Shown here: positions 21,789-24,424 of the stretch, piece by piece | Layout: every line of letters begins with the position of its first letter | Numbering within the stretch: position 1 is the first letter of the stretch | Virus record (IMG/VR): IMGVR_UViG_3300044759_000027 | Direction: 5' to 3' (one strand) | Source of the DNA: a virus | DNA length: 24,424 bases | Program-made: the position numbers and the translations under genes | The notes under the pieces: generated by a model | Database searches by the model: none | The model's input: only the letters and a program-made list of their open reading frames with translations | Told to the model about the DNA's origin: nothing

Positions 21789-23169
21789 GGTGGAGTCCCT
21801 CGAGTGATTTAGTCAGCGTGTCGATGAACTGTTTTTCCTCGGCGGCGTCGTCGACGGGCGCCGGCGGGAGGGCCGTCACCGCGGGCGCGGCGGGCGCCGG
21901 TTTCGAGAACGGCGAATCGGCGTCGCGTTCGGCGAGCGCGGCCAGCGAGTAGTTCTGCTGCTGCATGTACGGCGTGTCGCCGCCCTTCACGGTGCCGAGG
22001 CCAAACCATTTCTGGCGGGCCTCATCCGGGGAGAGCGCGCCGGCGCCGATGGCTTCCGCGGCGGCCTTGGTCTTCGTCGCCGTCACCATCCAGATCAAAT
22101 CGTCGATGTTGAATTCGGTCCCGTACGGCGCCTTGAGCTCGAGGCCTTCATCGAGCGACGTCTCGAAGTTCGTCAATAGGGACTGGATGCACTGCGAGTG
22201 ATATTTCATCCACAGCGCCTCGAGGTCCCCGCTCGCGGCGTCGTCCAGGTCGAGCAGCTGCGGCGGGACGTGGAAGCAGGTACAGACCTGCTTCGCGGTC
22301 CAGTTCAATTGTTCAATCAGCTGCGCGTCGGCGGCGCTCACCGTCATCGGTTCGTACTTGAGGCCCTTGCCGACGACGGCGACGCGGCCGATGTTCGCGC
22401 CCGAGAAGTTTTCTTCCCAGTAGGTCTTGATGCGCAGCGCCTGGTCTTCGCCGATTTCCCCGGGCGCGGTGAGCACGCCGCCGGGGTGCGACCCGCCGCG
22501 GAAAAACTGTTCGCTCTTGGTCTGGATCGTCAGGCCCTGCTGCGCGGCGAGGCCGCAGGCATAGAGCGGCGTCACGCCAACCAGCGGATGGAAGAGCGTC
22601 ACCATCGGGTCGTGGATGATCTCGCGCGCCGGCACAACCAGGTCTTGCCCCTGCGGCAGGTCGTCGGCAATGCCGACCAGGTTGTCGCGCTTCAGGCCGT
22701 AATAGACGGCGCCATCGGGCGCGATCAGCGGCGTCACGCGGGACGGGTCGAGCACATACAACGCGACGACGACGCCGCGCTCGTCACGCTGCTTCAGCAC
22801 GTAGGCGTTCCCGGCGACGAGCTTCGACGTGATCCACTGTTCGACGAACTTGACGATCGTCTGATAGCGGTTCGGCTTGCGCAGCACCGGCGAGTAGGCG
22901 GGGTTGCTGGCCTCGGTCCAGATGCCGGCGCCGTTATTCGTGACAAGCCGCAGGTGCAGCTTACCGATGTCGGTCGCGATCAAGGTGACGCACCCGAAGA
23001 CGGCGAAGTACGACAGCGCGGTCGGCGCCGCGATCTCGTCGTTATTCTGCCAGGCGCCCATGTACGGCTCACGGATGAGCGGGAACCACCCACCCCGCGC
23101 CGCGGCCGGCGAGAGATTCACCGGCGCGCGGGCGGCACGGGAGATGGTCAGGCCGAAGATCCGCAGCAT
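21778..23169 (-). CDS. Portal protein (HK97 / Phage_portal family)
   Basis: 463 aa. NPAYSPVLRKPNRYQT..FVEQWITSKLVAGNAYVL..; ATG preceded by GAGGG. Confidence 0.9.
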   Translation of the reverse strand: MLRIFGLTISRAARAPVNLSPAAARGGWFPLIREPYMGAWQNNDEIAAPTALSYFAVFGCVTLIATDIGKLHLRLVTNNGAGIWTEASNPAYSPVLRKPNRYQTIVKFVEQWITSKLVAGNAYVLKQRDERGVVVALYVLDPSRVTPLIAPDGAVYYGLKRDNLVGIADDLPQGQDLVVPAREIIHDPMVTLFHPLVGVTPLYACGLAAQQGLTIQTKSEQFFRGGSHPGGVLTAPGEIGEDQALRIKTYWEENFSGANIGRVAVVGKGLKYEPMTVSAADAQLIEQLNWTAKQVCTCFHVPPQLLDLDDAASGDLEALWMKYHSQCIQSLLTNFETSLDEGLELKAPYGTEFNIDDLIWMVTATKTKAAAEAIGAGALSPDEARQKWFGLGTVKGGDTPYMQQQNYSLAALAERDADSPFSKPAPAAPAVTALPPAPVDDAAEEKQFIDTLTKSLEGLHHAA

Positions 23170-23175
23170 CAGCCC

Positions 23176-24424
23176 TCAGACGAGCGGGTAGACGGCGCCG
23201 GTCAGGTAGTACGCCGCCGTGCTCTTCGCTTTCTTCCAGTTGATGAAGCGCTCGGCCCGCAGCGCGACGAGGTTGTCCTGGAACATGTTGGTCCAGACCG
23301 TCGTCGCCGGGTCGGACGGGTTCACGGGCGCGTCGTTCATCTGCAACGTGGCTTCGCGCGACACGTCGATCTTCACGCCGCCGTCGTCCGCGAGCAGGAT
23401 GTATTCCGGCTGGAGCCCGATCACTTTGTCGCCGACCGCGTTGCTGGCGATGATCGTCACGCCGTTCGCGTTGCCGCCGTCCGGGCCGACGTTCGGGAAC
23501 ATGATCTGCCCGAGCGCGTCGCGCTTGTAGCCCATCGCGAAGGCGTTGGTCTGGCTCATGATGATCACCAGGCCGCCGAGCGGAACGCTATTCCCCGAGA
23601 AGTACGTGACGATCGTCCCGAGGTCCGTGCCGGCGTTGTCGGCGGAGGCGGCCGTCCCGGCGCCGTTGGTGATCGAGGCCGGCGAGACGTTCGTGACTTC
23701 CGCGACGGCCGGGTCGGTGAACTGCGTATCCAGGAACTGCGCGATGCCCTTGATCATGTCGTTGCGGACGATCGCCTCGGCCGACGGCGACGAACTGCGG
23801 ACCAGTTCCTCCGTGAGCACGATGATCCCGGCCGCCTTCGCCATCCCCAGTGACGCCGACGTGAAACCGAGCGACCCCACCGGCTTGGCCTTCGCCTGGC
23901 CGACCCATTTGTAGGTGCCGCCGCTGCTTTGTACCGGGACCGACACATTGAAGGGGACCTGCGTCAGGCCGGGGATGCGGCCGAGGATCGTCGCCGGCCG
24001 CGACAACTCAATAAATTCGTTCGTGAGGTTCGAGACGGTGACCAGGGCGCCGGCCCAGGTCGCGTCCGTCGTCGTGCCGGGCGCCACAGCCGCCTTAATC
24101 AATAACTCGACTTCGGGCGTCGAGTCCCGGTACTGCTTCGCGTACTCCAGCGCGCGGAAGCTGTCGCCGCCGGCCTGCACCATCGTTTTGACGTACCGCA
24201 CGAACGCCGTGCCCGGCGCGACCGTCGACCGCACGGTGATTTGTGGCAGCGCCGACGGCCGATAGTTCGGCGCGGCGTTCGTGGTGAGCGGGACGGGGAC
24301 GGCCGCGGCCGCCTGCGTCTTCTCGAGGGCCCGCAGGCGCGTCAAGTGCGCGTCGGTGCTCTTGACCTCGAGCTCAAGCCCGTCGTACTCCTCGCTCTGC
24401 TCGGCGTCGAGCGTCGCGCCGGCG
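23176..24424 (-). CDS. Major capsid protein, HK97 fold (3-prime part of the fused ORF; continues upstream into 1..768 across the circular junction)
   Basis: The track ORF 23176..24345 shows capsid motifs (GTYKWVGQAKAKP, IVLTEELVRSS, NLVALRAERFINW). The frame stays open to the window end and through 1..801. Confidence 0.9.
   Translation of the reverse strand, partial: AGATLDAEQSEEYDGLELEVKSTDAHLTRLRALEKTQAAAAVPVPLTTNAAPNYRPSALPQITVRSTVAPGTAFVRYVKTMVQAGGDSFRALEYAKQYRDSTPEVELLIKAAVAPGTTTDATWAGALVTVSNLTNEFIELSRPATILGRIPGLTQVPFNVSVPVQSSGGTYKWVGQAKAKPVGSLGFTSASLGMAKAAGIIVLTEELVRSSSPSAEAIVRNDMIKGIAQFLDTQFTDPAVAEVTNVSPASITNGAGTAASADNAGTDLGTIVTYFSGNSVPLGGLVIIMSQTNAFAMGYKRDALGQIMFPNVGPDGGNANGVTIIASNAVGDKVIGLQPEYILLADDGGVKIDVSREATLQMNDAPVNPSDPATTVWTNMFQDNLVALRAERFINWKKAKSTAAYYLTGAVYPLV
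24298..24424. repeat. Terminal overlap, identical to 1..127
   Basis: Same as above. Confidence 0.95.

Larger units (their letters stand above)
1..24424. mobile_element. Complete circular temperate tailed-phage genome (unique length 24,297 bp; siphovirus-like, HK97-type head genes)
   Basis: Identical 127-bp ends. Full set of packaging, head, tail, lysis-like, recombination and lysogeny (repressor, integrase, attP) genes within the circle. Confidence 0.85.

Noticed and set aside
22198-23853. 551-aa plus-strand ORF
   Set aside because: It is antisense to the portal and capsid genes. Its Arg/Asp/Gly-rich low-information composition marks it as a shadow ORF.

Overview
High-GC window, about 70% or more in the structural-gene lines I counted by hand. 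It is one complete, circularly closed temperate siphovirus-like phage genome. Bases 1-127 are identical to 24298-24424, so the unique length is 24,297 bp and the window breaks inside the capsid gene.

About 21.5 kb is a single minus-strand gene train. It starts at a divergent cro/repressor switch (9284-9417), runs down through position 1, wraps to 24297 and ends at 12141. In order it carries:
- cro-like and Xis/AlpA-like HTH genes
- Dam-type N6-adenine methyltransferase, PD-(D/E)XK nuclease and RecT
- a run of tiny translationally coupled genes, many of them Cys4 zinc ribbons
- HNH endonuclease
- a lower-GC moron-like island
- P27-type small terminase and large terminase
- an RHH protein
- a prohead protease fused in frame to an HK97-fold capsid protein
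- portal
- a collagen-like protein
- gp6-like connector, head closure, gp10-like and DUF3168-like proteins
- major tail protein
- tail chaperone with an A9 slippery run
- tape measure
- four distal tail/fibre genes
- a holin-like gene and two unknown genes

Only the lysogeny module is on the plus strand (9418-11841): an XRE-type repressor, two cargo genes and a tyrosine integrase. It is followed by an attP that contains the 3-prime part of a tRNA-Ala(CGC).

Most unusual points:
- permuted head-module order with a protease-capsid fusion
- a lysis region with no endolysin I can recognise
- no recognisable replication initiator, but an iteron-rich intergenic region
- palindromic repeats bracketing attP
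- cargo genes in the lysogeny operon

All family assignments are by-eye motif recognition. No searches were run.
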